A stretch of DNA of 64,000 nt, taken from positions 128,340,001-128,404,000 of the forward strand of contig OZ024740.1 in NCBI GenBank assembly GCA_964016885.1, written 5' to 3'. Position numbers and translations under genes: made by a program. The stretch's first letter is position 1. Each line of letters begins with the position of its first letter. The notes under the pieces were generated by a model. That model was given only the letters and a program-made list of their open reading frames with translations, made no database searches and was not told the DNA's origin. Below, in pieces: positions 51,045 to 64,000 of this stretch. Source of the stretch: Eledone cirrhosa (taxonomy: Eukaryota).

Positions 51045-51177
51045 GTACGGCTCTTTCCATTCTGAGTTCAAATCCCGCCGAGGTCAACTTTGCCTTTCAT
51101 CCTTACGGGGTCGATAAAATAAAGTACCAGAAATGTACTGGGTTATTGCTGGCCTTGTGCCAAAAGTAGAAACAACT
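51045..51177 (+). mobile_element. SINE-1 (5'-truncated). Other copies: 14420-14582(+), 34122-34279(+), 44230-44302(-), 48738-48885(-), 51388-51562(-), 58905-59040(+), 61950-62070(+)
   Basis: Conserved gagttcaaatcccgccgaggtcaactttgcctttcatccttacggggtcgataaaataaagtaccag. Confidence 0.85.
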
Positions 51178-52419
51178 ATATATATATATATACAAGCTTG
51201 AATTCCCAAAGTCAGAGAAAGCAGTAGGATATAGTAATCTATCTTGAATACTCAGTTACCCATGTTGTTAGCTAAATAATAGCCATTTCGCTCACATATC
51301 TAGAATCTGGATGATCACTGCTGTTACTCAAAAATCTTAGACAACATAAAATGAAATAACATGCAACTGAATTGAAAATTTCACAATGATTGTTTCTACA
51401 TTTGGCACAAAGCCAGCAATTACTCCAGTGTATTGCTGGTATTTAATTTATCAACCACGTAAGGATGAAAGGCAAAGTTAACCTTGGCAGGACTTGAACT
51501 CAGAATGTAAATGGCCATAACTCTATGCTACAAAGCATGGTGTCTGATGCTCTACCGATACTACTACAATTACTGATTCAAAAGTGAGCTGTTTTTTTCT
51601 CTACACCTTCTCTAATAGTTCTAGCTCCTTGATGTAGTAAATGGTGTACCATATCCTACACCAGACAATGTGACGTACATATCCCTCCTCCTCATCATCA
51701 GCAACATCTTATGACCTTTTTTCCATGCTAGCATGGTTTGGATAGGTTTTCACCTGCACAGTGCATTCCTTTGTCTGTAAAATTTAGTGATATGAGTAAG
51801 GCTTTCAACTCAAATGTTTCTGTCTCCCCCTTAAGTGTTTTCCATCCATTAAGAACGTTTAGCACTTTTGTTCATTAATGTACATCATCCATATGTATTA
51901 TATGTCCATACCAGTACTGCCTTCTTTCCTGTATGCAACATTTGATTCCTCATATGCTGAATTTGTCTACGCTAATTGCTGTGTGTTGCTCATAAAACAT
52001 TAAATTCTGTTAACTCCTTCCTCTCCAGAGTGGTACTTCATTGGTATTATGACCTAACATTATCTTATAGATATCAACTAACAGAAAATCAAATAGAACA
52101 TCAACAACATTTGTCTCATCAGTATCAAAGAATCTGCAAAGTTCACTAATGTTGCTTTTACTCTGATTAAATATATATATATATTTTTTTTTAAATTGGT
52201 CATAATTTTCTGTTAAATAAATATTTGGATGGATATTTATATATCATCATCATCATCATCATCATTTTACGTCCGCTTTTCCCTGCTTGCAAGGGTGGGA
52301 CTATATATATGTATGTAATTATATTTTTATGTATGCATGTAGCTGTGTATGTATAGGTATGCATGTATACTTTTATGTATGTATATAAATAAGTATGAAT
52401 ATCCATATATTTTACAAAG

Positions 52420-52452
<33 letters not shown>

Positions 52453-52489
52453 TGCTTTATTGTACTACAATAAAACTCACCTCCTACAC

Positions 52490-52540
<51 letters not shown>

Positions 52541-52778
52541 ATTAAATAAATGGAAAACTATATTTATAAAACCATATTTATTTCATTATATATATTTCGG
52601 GGATATCATATTAACAATATGCTATGCCTTCATCAGACAAAATACAATATAAACAGTTTTATAGATAAATATATTCGACATATTTAATATTGTAAATATA
52701 CTCCAAATATTTGTCGAGTGCTTTTATATCAGTTATAAATATTTACTAGTTGTAACCCAACAATTTTAAATATAACTT

Positions 52779-52814
<36 letters not shown>

Positions 52815-54225
52815 TATATATATACAAATAAATGAGAAAATGACATGTTAGATTTCATTTGTATATTTATTGTAAACAAAAATATTGTAAAAGAAAAGTT
52901 ATTACCAACTTTACAAATTCTCAGCCTGTAAAAAGTATTTATTCTTGATAAAATGTTGTTTTTGCTATTATATTAAATTTTACATTATTTTACTTCATTT
53001 ATATAGCTTTTAGTTTTTCATTTTGTTTTAATTTATTCTCCTCCTCCACAAAATTCTAATGGAGCCATTACACAGGGGAGGTATACTGACATAAAATGTT
53101 ACTATCATACATTTAGCTTCTTCAAATATTCAAGTAGTGTGCACCAAACTGAGTGTATATGGGATGTAACAGGAGAAAAATTCTTCAGAACTGTTAAAAT
53201 TGGGCATTACTGTAGTGAATGAATCTAATTAAGCTGATGTCTGGTCAGATGCTTGTAGTAAAGAGATTTCCCAGATTTTCCTTCTATGATTGTCTGCATT
53301 TTTGGGGTGAAATCTTGTATGTCATCATCTTTATGGTGTGAATGACAAGACACATACATATCAACATATATACAAATATACATATATAATACAAACATAC
53401 ATATGTACATGATGGCTGAAACTCGATTTCGAGTAATGCTAGTGCTTGATACTTAAGCATGAGCATCACAAATATTGTTTTTTAATCCATATAGGGACTT
53501 GCATATAACCAGCAATACCATGCATCACAAAAAATGTCACATATCAAGTGATGTTTGTGCTTGAAGCTTTTTTAAATGACGGAAGGCTTTGCACAGGACC
53601 AACCCCACTCACTGAACATCAAATGTATTTAACCAAAAAGAAGAACTGATCTACATCATTGGATGCAAATGAACTTCTCCTAGAGGGATGTCTTAATGAA
53701 GACTAGGAGTCTCTTGCTCCACAAAAAAAAGAAAGTTTTATTGGTTGGCTGTTGACTCTCCTGAGTTCCTCTGCCCTTTGACGGGTTTTGTTTTTCATCC
53801 CACATGGTTTCCAAAATCACCCTCCTCGCCAAGTAAGCTTGGTGGGGTTGCCAGTTTAGCCACAGACGACCCAAGCATGCATACATACATACAAACCTTG
53901 TATCACTTTACAGATTCTGCTTACTAAATTCCCCCTTAAAATATTGGTTTCGCTTAGTCTACAGTAGAAAGTACTTGCTCCAAAAAACAAAAAGTGACAC
54001 AAAAACCAGTACTACATAATGAAGCAAATTTCTTCAGCACACAGTTCTGCTTGTGAATATAAGAAGTATATATGTGTGTGTGTGTCTATGTATTAACATT
54101 TCCCTTTTGTATGGCTAATTTCTACAGCCATTTACTACTTCTGCTGCCAGCCCATGCTTTTCTGTATTGCAAAGTATCAATACTAGATAGTTTAGATCGC
54201 CACCTACCAATTCATTTATTTTTCA

Positions 54226-55149
54226 TTATTATTATTATTACAGTTGTAGTTATCTTGCTTTATGTTCATATGAGTTATCACCAAGTCACAACCAGTGAGG
54301 TCAAGAGACAACAAGGTCCGCCATGTTCAAGGAAGAACACACATACACACACACATGTATCTTTATGTTTAGACTTGTGATGTACTTATATTGACAGAAT
54401 CTTCCTTAGTATATGGGCAGTTCCCATTAGTACTATCTTTTGTATTTCTCCTATACACAGGTTTTCTGGGATGTGCGATAAGTAATCATTAGCCCCCTTA
54501 GGTATCATTCCTAGAGCGCCTACAACCACTGGTATTGTTTTAGTTCTCAATTTTCACATTTTTCCAATTTCTATCTCCAAGTCCTTATACTTGCTCAATT
54601 TTTCAAATGTTTTTATAGATACATTCTTGTCCATTGGAACGGACATATCAATTAGCAGGCATACCCTCTTTTTAAAGTCCTTCAGTATTATATCAGGTCT
54701 ATTTGCATCTATTTTTCGGTCTGTTTGGATGCTAAAGTTCCACAAGATTGAGATGTGATCTTTTTCAAGTATGGGAGGTGGTTGATGCTCCCACCAATTC
54801 TTTTGATGGGGCAGGTCAAAATTCTTTCACATTATCCAATGTATGTATTGTGCAGCTCTGTCGTAATTGTTTAGGTATTCGGTTGGAGCTATAAGACTGC
54901 ACATTGAAATTATATGATCAATGGTCTATGGTTGTTTTTACATACACGGCATAATGGGTTGCATCCATTTTTGATTATGTTGGCTTGGTAATTTTTTGTT
55001 GGCAGACACTGATCTTGTGCTGATATAATTAGTCCTTCAGTCTCCGATTTCAGTCCAGAGGATGCCAACCACTAATGGGTTAAAGTTTTGTCAACATCAG
55101 GATTGTTAGCTATTTCTGGGTATTTTCCATACAGAGGCTTTTCTTGCCT
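54226..55149 (-). mobile_element. Dong/R4-like LINE 3' part (restriction-like endonuclease clade)
   Basis: Minus strand: WLASSGLKSETEGLIISAQDQ, CCHC knuckle CRVC...HIISMC, NRPDIILKD..LIDMSVP, KLSKYKDLEIEI and IPVVVGALG. (TAA)n tail at ~54226-54239. Confidence 0.85.
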
Positions 55150-56428
55150 TATTATTCTGCTACCGCCTGACCATCGTACTTTGCCTCCGTCCAACTCTGA
55201 CTAAAATGGAGCCCCTTCTCGTCCGCTTTTTGTGGAAGGGACGTGCTCCCATGGTCAGATGATCCATTTGCTCTCAACACCCACTACGTGGAGGACTAGG
55301 CATGCCATGGCTGATGATGCGCAAACATGCACTGAGGCTGCGACATCTCTGGTGCTTCCTTGACGGTGAACAAGTGTGGTCGCCATTTGCCAGACTCGCT
55401 TTTCCTCAGCTCGTCTCCTTGACGGAGCTGCAGTCCTGGATCAGGAAAAGATCGAAGGATAGCGCTTGGAAGCTGGAATGTCTCCAAGTGCTCACCGCCC
55501 TCTACTAGCTGGGCATTAGTATCGGTAGAACATCCACCTCTGCGTTCTAAGAGGGCTAGGGGAGTAAAAGAGCGACAACATTCTCGGGGAGACCCTGGGC
55601 GTCGAAGACGATCAGCTGTTTGCTCTGTTCAAGAGAACTTTCAGAACGGGGCCTATGGACAACTTCCAGAAATCCCTGGCCTGGCCGTGCTACTGGGGAG
55701 CATTGCTGGTTCGGGATAGGCTCTACAGGCACGGAGATGCTGTCAACCGAGCCTGCCCAAGATGCGTGCAGGGCGATGAAACCGTCCTGCATGCACTCGT
55801 TCAGTGCCCGAGGATTGTTGATGTGTGGAGCTATGTCGAACAGCTGCTGTCGCATGTAGGACCGATCCTGTTATTGACTGAGTCCATTGTGCAGATAGCC
55901 CCGCCATCCTCCTTTAAAGAGGAGGAAGGACAGGCAGTTTTCATCTGCCTAGTGGCCATGGCGAAAGAGATTGTGTGGTGGACAAGGTTGAAAGGATTGA
56001 AGACGGACACTTTCCTCTTTGGCCAATCCCTGATTAACTTTTTCAAGTTTCACTTGAAGAGGAAAATCAAGGTGGAGAGGCAAGTGCCGTCTCCTAGTAA
56101 GTTTGTTGAAAGGTGGGCGAAAGTGGCGAGTCTTGTCCGAGTGAACGGACCCGCTCTGAGTATGCGCCTGTAGACTGAGGAGTGGGAAAACTGGGAGAGG
56201 GGGTTTTCCCTGGTGGTCAGGGGGACAGTGGTCTTTTTTGTGTGGTTTTCGCCACTAGTGACCTTCAGAGGTTTGAATTTTTTTTATTTCTATCCCGATT
56301 TCTATCTCGTTATAACCTATTTATGCAACCAAAACCCACTTTGTATCGTCCTGTACTGTTCTGTACCCTCTGTAATGTTTTTCTTCGTGTTAGTCCTTGT
56401 GGCCAATAAAGAAACCATTATTATTATT
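55150..56428 (+). mobile_element. Tx1/L1-clade LINE, 5'-truncated
   Basis: FLWKG..QHPLRGGLGMP and zf-RVT-type CPRCVQGDETVLHALVQC; 3' end ccttgtggccaataaagaaacc(ATT)n. Confidence 0.85.
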
Positions 56429-56429
56429 G

Positions 56430-57085
56430 TGAATTGGCAGTGTCGGTAGAGGGTTGGACGCCATGCTTTCTAGCATAGTTAAATCCCTTTACGATCTGAG
56501 TTCAAATCCCGTCGAGGTTAACGTTGCCTTTCATCCTTACAGGGTCGATAAAATAAAGTACCAGTAATGTACTGAGTAATTGCTGGCCTTGTGCCAAAAG
56601 TAGAAACAATCATTATTATTATTATCACTATTCTTCTTCTTTTTATTATTATTATTATTATTAGGGATTGGCAGTGGCAGTAGAGTATCAAAGAAAATGT
56701 GGTACAACATATACATAGTTACGGGCCTTTAACTTTCTAAGTTCAAATCCCACCGAGGTTAACTTTACCTTTCCTCCTTATAGGGTCGATCAAATAAAGT
56801 ACCAGTAATGATTGGGGTCAATTTAATCAACTTTCCCTTCCCTTTAAAGTGCTGGCCTTGTGTCTAATGTAGAAACAATTATTATTAATATTAATATCCT
56901 TATTATCATTGAAGGCAGTGAACAACAGTATTAGGAGAGCATTGGATGCCATTTTACATTCTGAGTTCAAATACCATGAGTGTTGATCTTGCCTCTCATC
57001 ATTCAATAAAATAAAAGTGCCAGTTTAATAATGGAGTTAATGAAAGTCATTATATTCTTCCTCCAAATTGTGTGGCCTTGTATTT
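56430..57085 (+). mobile_element. Three head-to-tail SINE-1 copies of differing divergence
   Basis: Copies at 56430-56620, 56664-56885 and 56910-57085, each preceded by ATT-rich sequence. Confidence 0.8.
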
Positions 57086-60000
57086 ATCATTATATTAATT
57101 CCCACACTCTATACATATACACTCAAACTTAATTTTAATGTTGATAATATAAGTATCTGTTTTGTACTTTAAGTCTAGTCCATTAAGTCTGCATTTCCTA
57201 TACCTTGTACTGAAGAATGAAATGACTATGTTTTTATTATTTATTATTGTTGTTATTGGTGGTGTTGTTAGTGGCCATTTCCTAGTGTTTTACTCATTTT
57301 CTGCTAATTACATCGAATGAAATACTATTTATTTTATTTTTATATTTTACTGATTGTTATTTTTTAATTCTCTTCTTTTATAGATTTTTTTTTTTTACTT
57401 TGTTTTCACATGTCTTGTGTACAGAATACAAATAATTTTTGCAGTCTCTCTACTTGAGATCAATAATGAAAAATAGAAAGAAAAATTGGAAAAGAAACAA
57501 AAATGAAACAGTACATGACCAATAAAATTTACAAACTTTTACATAATGAGTTTTAAAGAAAGTTCATGTTATTGTCATTTACAAATATCTCAGAGAGCAG
57601 AAGCAGGTCTTGATGAGGGAAAATGACAAGAGTTTGTACTAATGAGCTAAACGAAGAAAAGGTAACAGTCCTTTTATAGATTGTGTAGTCAGCTAATAGG
57701 GATGTAGAACCTGTTGATGAATTGCTTGTTGCCTAGCAAGACTTAATAAAGCAGAATGATTGTGAAGCAGAATAGTAAGAAGAAATGAAGAGCTGATTAG
57801 TAGCTCAAGATCTAGGATTCAATCCATCACTTAATTTAACACCACTACTACCATCATTTTATCATTCTTGGGTCACTTTTGTGGAGTATATTCTGTTGTG
57901 AGTATTTGAATAGGTCTCCAGTCTGGGAATAACTCAATATCTTAATTCATTGCTTCTTATTGTAGTAAGATGTGAGTTATGGTTTTATCTTCCGTATTAT
58001 CGACCAGCTCAAGAGGCCTTGATAAAACATAATCAGTAATGCCTTTTCATCTAACTGGGGTATAAAATGAAATATTCTCAATTTTGCTGTGTATAGACAC
58101 ATGGTTGTATGGATAAAGACTTTTGTTTTCCTGCCACATGGTTTTGAGTTCAGTTCCTTTGGTTAAATGAAATTTAGACAATGGAAACTATAAGTAGTGT
58201 GTATGTGAGTATTTGTTTAATGCTTGTTTATCTCTTGTAACTTAGCCATTTGACAAAAAGGGATCGATAAAATAAGTATCAGTCTTGTAGTAAGTACTGG
58301 GGTTGATATAAATGATTGAATCCATTGAAGCCTGTACCCCAGCATGACAATCGTCAATTGAGTAAAACCAGTAAAATAATAATATAATAATAAAAATGGA
58401 TAACTTTGAATATAGGAATTTATAATGTTGTTAGCTTTCCAAACAGCAGATACTGGGTGACTATAGTAACAATGATATAGAGGTAGTGTGTTTTGAGTTC
58501 ATTGGAATCCTTCTTTTGTTTGTGTAATATGAATTGCTTACTTTTACTCATTATTATACTGGGATAATTGCTGGCCTTGTGCCAAAAGTAGAAACAATTA
58601 TTATTAGCTGTTGTTGATGTTTAGCAAGATCACACTAGATCAATCAGAGCTATGTGATTAAAGACATTCCAATAAGGTCAATGAATCATTTTCTAAATTC
58701 AGGATTGTAATATCCATAATGTCCATTTTAACATCAATAGGACATAATTTGAGAGGCGATTTCTTGAATGTTGGGTAGCTATGTAAAGGTTCTCTGTTTT
58801 CCTTGTATTACTTGCTGTTATCATTGTTGTTATTATTTAGCCTCAACTGTAACTCTATGCCACAAAGCATGTTGTCCAAGTATCGTTAGAGTGTCAGGTA
58901 ATATCATTTTTGGCATAGAGTTATGGCGTTTATGTTCTGAGCTCAAATCCTAGCGAGGTTAGCTTTGCCTTTTATCCTTACAGCAGTAATACACTTTTAT
59001 TTGACATTCCTCCCCCATCAAAATTGTTGGCCTTGTGATTAAGCCCGTGTTATTTAGCCATATATTAAACTTCCAATTGTAACCATCCAATATCTTTATA
59101 TATCCATTGTTTAATTGCTGTCCAAAGACCCCTTCTTCTTTTTTTTAGATGTTAGGAATTTGATTTTAGCAGGATACCTGACTGCTATTTCTAGCAGGTA
59201 AAATGACCATGTAGAAATTTTCGCTTAGGTCTACGATATCACTAGTTATAATGATTTGATGAGAGATTTGATATAATTGTCTATTTCTAGACCATTGATC
59301 TCAGTGTAAATCAAATTATTAAATATTTTAAAACCTCTTCAGAATCCAGTTAATGTATATACAGATAAAGTTTTGAAATATTTAATAATTGCATTTGCTA
59401 ACAGATCATTGACATATAAATATATTGATATCAAAATTGATATGCTTATGTCTCACTATTTTATCACACTTCATAACAGGTTAATGAAATAAGAAACAAC
59501 CATCCAAGGTCATCTGTTGATTGCATCCTGTCCAAGGTCATCTCTTGATTGCATCCTGTCTTTGGCTCAGAGTTGTACTAAAGGATACTCACTACCCTAA
59601 ATGTTCTCCATTCAGTAAAAAATGTTCTCCATTCAACATGATCCAGATGATGAATAGGGGCATAAGGATATAATGGTTGAGACAGTGAATTGGAGTGATG
59701 GAGTGGCTGTGTAGGAAGGGGTAGTAGAAAACAACCAGGAATGAGAGAAGAGTAGAATGGTACAGTATAGGTTTGGGATGAGAGAGCAAATGAGGGGTAG
59801 TGGGAAAGTGTACATAACTGTTACTTATCATATTTGTTTTATTATCTTATTATTGGTTCATTTTGATATATGAATAACATGTCGAAATACTCAGTTCAAA
59901 TTAATAGAGTACATAACAGTTTAACTTAAACCACACAATGTCCCTCCAGGTTGAGTTGCAACTATTGCAATGCTGTGAGATTTTTGTCGCCAATACAAAT

Positions 60001-61364
60001 TAGTGATAGTGAAAACTGTAAAAATGTGCAATGGGGTTCAGAAACGAGAAATTGGAAGGAAGTTTAAAATTGATTACAAACTAACACTACTTTGAGCTCT
60101 GCACAAAGACATTACCAAAGAAAATCAAAATTAAGAAGAAAATAAAACAAAACAAAAAGCCAAGGAAGTGCCATTTAGTTTCATTGTTAACCATGAATAT
60201 TTTAATTGATTGCTTAACATTTCCAAATTTGCACCAAAACCAATCCATTCACTAATGTAATTTAACTCTGTAGCAATGATGCAAATTATCTGTTTCTTTG
60301 CATTAAAGAAGAGGCGTAACTCCAGAGGGACCAGTGGTGTCAAAGGGAGAATTTAAGTAGCATGTCTGGCCAACAGTGCAGGAAGAGTGAAAGATAATGA
60401 GAGCCAGAATGTGTTTGAGAGTAAACAGAATAAGGCGTTTGAAAATTAGATGAACGAAGGCAGGTAGGAGAAAAAAAGAGAGTAATTTTTTTAAATGATA
60501 GAAAGTGAAGTGGATAATAGATAAGGATAACTAATTTGATGAGCAAACTATGGAAATGGAAAAGACCAGTTCTAATGGGAAAGAAAGAATATAATTAACT
60601 GCAATTAGAGCCAAAGACTGGAAAGAGATAGAAATACCATGTGCAATGTAAATTAATGTATGGTGCAGGGAAAGAAGATTATGTAAGGGAAATATGAATG
60701 ATAAACACTGTGTGTTACTGTGAATAATGAAACAGGGTATGCTTAATATTCTAATTGAAGAACTGGAATATTGCATTATAAAATGCATGTCTTGCATTCA
60801 AATGAGAGTTTACTATATGTATAAACAGTAATAACATTATGAAACAGATAGAAAGAATGTAGAGGTAATTTAGTCCAATATACGCGATAAATTAGCAAAG
60901 TATATAAGGAAATAAATGTTCCACAGAAAGAAGGTAATTGAAGCTGCTTAAAAACAAAAACAGAAGTAAAATTAATTAGAATATGAAAATAAATAGTTCA
61001 AAGTTAACAGTAAATAGAATGAAACAAATAACAGGTCAAATAGAGAAGACAATAAACTAAATATTGCCTATTTTCTGTTGGCACATTTCAAAGGAATATT
61101 AGAGAAGAAATTGGTTTAAGCTGTATCTTAATCTTATTAAGGATATTGCTCTGATGAAGGCTGCCAGGTTAACAAATGTAATTTGTTAATTACTAAATGT
61201 CTTTCATATCTTGATGTCTCCCGTGAATATGTATTAAACTGTCTAGAATTGGACAACATTTTCAACCTTAATGCAAATCTGATGATTAAAGCTAATACTT
61301 TTTATTGAACCATTAGAGCTTTATCATGTATTGAAAATTATCAATTATCATCCTCTTTACTTGC

Positions 61365-62729
61365 ATTAATGGATAAAGAGAATGCATATCCACTGGAGAT
61401 AGAATGAGAGTGAGGGCATTTAAGGCAAAGGTGAAACATTAATGTTAGATCTGAACTTAAATAGTTAGGGATTACGGACAAGACAACACATGTTGTAGAG
61501 AGAACAATAGAAACATTATCATACAGATCCATCTAACCCATTCTAGCAAGGTACAAATAAGATTTCATTAAAGTCACAGTGTTGATAATAATGAGAATGA
61601 TTTTGATGGTGCTTGTGGTAGTGAAATTGATAGTTTCCCCTTACCAATAACAACATCAGATTTCTGTACATTTTCCATTTGAATGAGGAGGTCTGTAATA
61701 ACCTTACAATAAACACTGTCCCTCATCAATTATTCTTTAATATTGAACGATATCAGATCATATCTTCATTTGTATTTGTATGCAAATATATGCCTAAACT
61801 GCTGCTATTTGTTGAAGACAATAATATACCAGACCATGTTTTCATTTGGATTATGTTTAAAGCCTCATAATGATCTCTCAAATTTAAACAAGTGGATTAT
61901 GTGTTACACTCCCAGTTATTATGCCACTGGCTTAAACCTGTGAATTAACAGAGTTGTTAGAACATCAAATTAAAAATGTTTCTGGCTTTGTTAAGGTTAA
62001 CTGTGCTCTCAGTTCAAATAACGCTGAGGTCAACTTTGCCTTTCACCCTTTCAAGGTCAATAAATATAGTAGTGGAGTGGATAATTCCTATGTTGCTTTT
62101 TATCATTTCTGTCTCCCTCTTTCTTTCTCTGTGTTTGTTCCTGGCAAGAGATGGGCTTCACAGGCTTCAAAAGGCCCATGACATGCTTTGTGCCTACCAC
62201 CAACACCATCATCATCATTGTCATCATCATCATCATCATCATCATCATTAACGTCCATCTTCCACGCTAGCATGGGTTATTGTCACTATTATATTCAGTG
62301 TGACTTTAATGAAATCTTATTTGTACATTGGTTGTATTGGTTAGATGCATCTGTATGATAATGTTTCTGCAATTCTCTGTACATGTGTTGTCTAGTCTAA
62401 TCCTTAACTATTTAAGTTCACATCTTACATTAATGTTTCTCCTTTGCCTTAACTCTTTAGCATTTAAACCGGCTGTATCCAACCAGAATTCTCTCAACTC
62501 TTTCTGCTCAAAATGGCTATAACTGGTCACTCATACTGATATTAAGGTATTCTCAAAATAAATAATATCAAAACTACATAGATTCGATATTATGTAAGAT
62601 AATTATGTGAAATAAAACCTTTACCATGAAAATACAATAGTAAATATAGAGTAATGTAAATGCTAAAGGGTTAAATGCCCTCACTCTGATTCTATCTCCA
62701 GTGGATATGTATTCTCTTTATTCATTAAT
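61365..62729. repeat. Diverged ~215-bp inverted repeat pair (61365-61578 / 62299-62729)
   Basis: For example gaatgcatatccactggagatagaat pairs with attctatctccagtggatatgtattc. The right arm is interrupted by a MITE. Confidence 0.8.
62453..62670. mobile_element. TTAA-targeting MITE (piggyBac-like)
   Basis: TIRs ctctttagcattta / taaatgctaaaggg; TTAA on both sides; the empty site at 61420 has a single TTAA. Confidence 0.85.
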
Positions 62730-63016
62730 TTCAAACTCAATCAGGAGCTAAGGACCTCCAGCTCCTGTTCCTGAGCTAAATTTTGTGCATGCATTTCCTT
62801 ACTTATCAGTGAAAAACACATACTTCATTTTATGTTAGTTTAGAATTGCTAGACTTCAGCTCGAGGAAAATTGATGCAGTTGAAGAAATACTTCTTTCCA
62901 TGCATATTTAAAACAAAAGAATTTCATAACTATTGAAATGGCAAAAATAATCATGACTCAGTGATTGGCCAACACAAACACACATATAGGTATAGGTATA
63001 TGAGGAAGCCCAACTG

Positions 63017-63018
<2 letters not shown>

Positions 63019-63076
<58 letters not shown>

Positions 63077-63485
63077 GTTTATATCTGCACACCTTTGTAT
63101 TGACCCTATTTAAGAGACTAGAGCCATTTGCTTATCTCTTCCAATATATGCAAAGGCCCAGAAGTTGAATAAAACGAGTACCTTACTAAGAGGTTGAAAA
63201 TGGTCAGCTATTTCAAGAAGATTGAGTGACATAAGGTTTAACTAGTGTTAATGCAGTGTATGTTGCATTTTGCATAGAGATACTATATTTTGGAAGGAAT
63301 TCAAGGTCATTTATTTTTATTGCAGGTGTATTAAAAGGGTGGATGCAAATCAGTTGGTTTAAAAGGATAATCAAAACAGTTTCAATTAGTAAAACTAGTG
63401 TTTTACTATCCAACCCTTGCTGGGGCTCATTTTGTATGTAAAATTAACATATAGAATTAATCATTGTGCTTGCAATAATGATGTT

Positions 63486-63573
<88 letters not shown>

Positions 63574-63586
63574 TCTCTCTCTCTCT
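63019..63586. repeat. (GT)n 63019-63072 and (TC)n 63487-63586 microsatellites
   Basis: Read directly from the sequence. Confidence 0.95.
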
Positions 63587-64000
63587 TAATTTTATACACC
63601 ACAACTGCTTTAAAAACTCACATGTGATGATGAATACTCTGTACGATTCAATAACGAGCTCTTGGTAATTCAAACAACTGAATCACCAACTCATGAATTA
63701 GCTATCTAAGCATTTGAATATCCCACAGACATGTATATACTTAATGTAATTATTATGCAAAATCAACAGAACACAATATATGACAAAACTAGATATTTTA
63801 ATTACAGACATCAGATAGGCCTCTACACAATGTGTAGTTACCCAATTTCAATAACATGGCAAAGTCACTTGATCTAGATGCCATGCAATAGGGTTAAACC
63901 TGGCACCTCATAATTGCGAAGCAAATTTTTTAACCACTCAAACATGCCTATGAAACTTAGTGAGAAGAAATATTTAATAACTTTAACTAGCTACTAGACC

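Noticed and set aside
59503-59637. Short two-copy direct repeats (also 5658-5720, 34139-34177, 44105-44149) as CRISPR-like arrays
   Set aside because: Only two copies each, no spacer series, eukaryotic context; simple slippage duplications.
61145-61270. CTGATGAAGGC hammerhead start with a possible inverted second half
   Set aside because: No contiguous GAAA/stem III on the same strand; the reconstruction needs an unsupported inversion.

Overview
AT-rich eukaryotic (animal) DNA dominated by transposable elements and microsatellites. The repeat repertoire suggests a cephalopod, probably Octopus (inference). The only host coding sequence I can support is one phase-1/phase-1 Ig-domain exon on the minus strand (45862-46149; Lachesin/DIP/IgLON-like), so much of the window is probably intronic or flanking. 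Mobile DNA comprises: at least three related RTE-clade LINE families with (GAT)n tails, including one near full-length copy (~37545-41434); a distinct RTE with a twin-priming-type inversion; Tx1/L1-like, Dong/R4-like and CR1-like LINE fragments; many tRNA-derived SINEs; a rearranged mariner; a TTAA MITE; and Penelope-like remnants with hammerhead-ribozyme motifs. The most notable observations are: (1) a PHD-finger-like C4HC3 module inserted just after the RT core of the RTE ORF; (2) several hammerhead motifs; (3) SINE tails matching Tx1 and RTE 3' ends in the same window; (4) a recurrent class of fold-back and templated duplications next to (TA)n tracts. All family names and identities were judged by eye without database searches.
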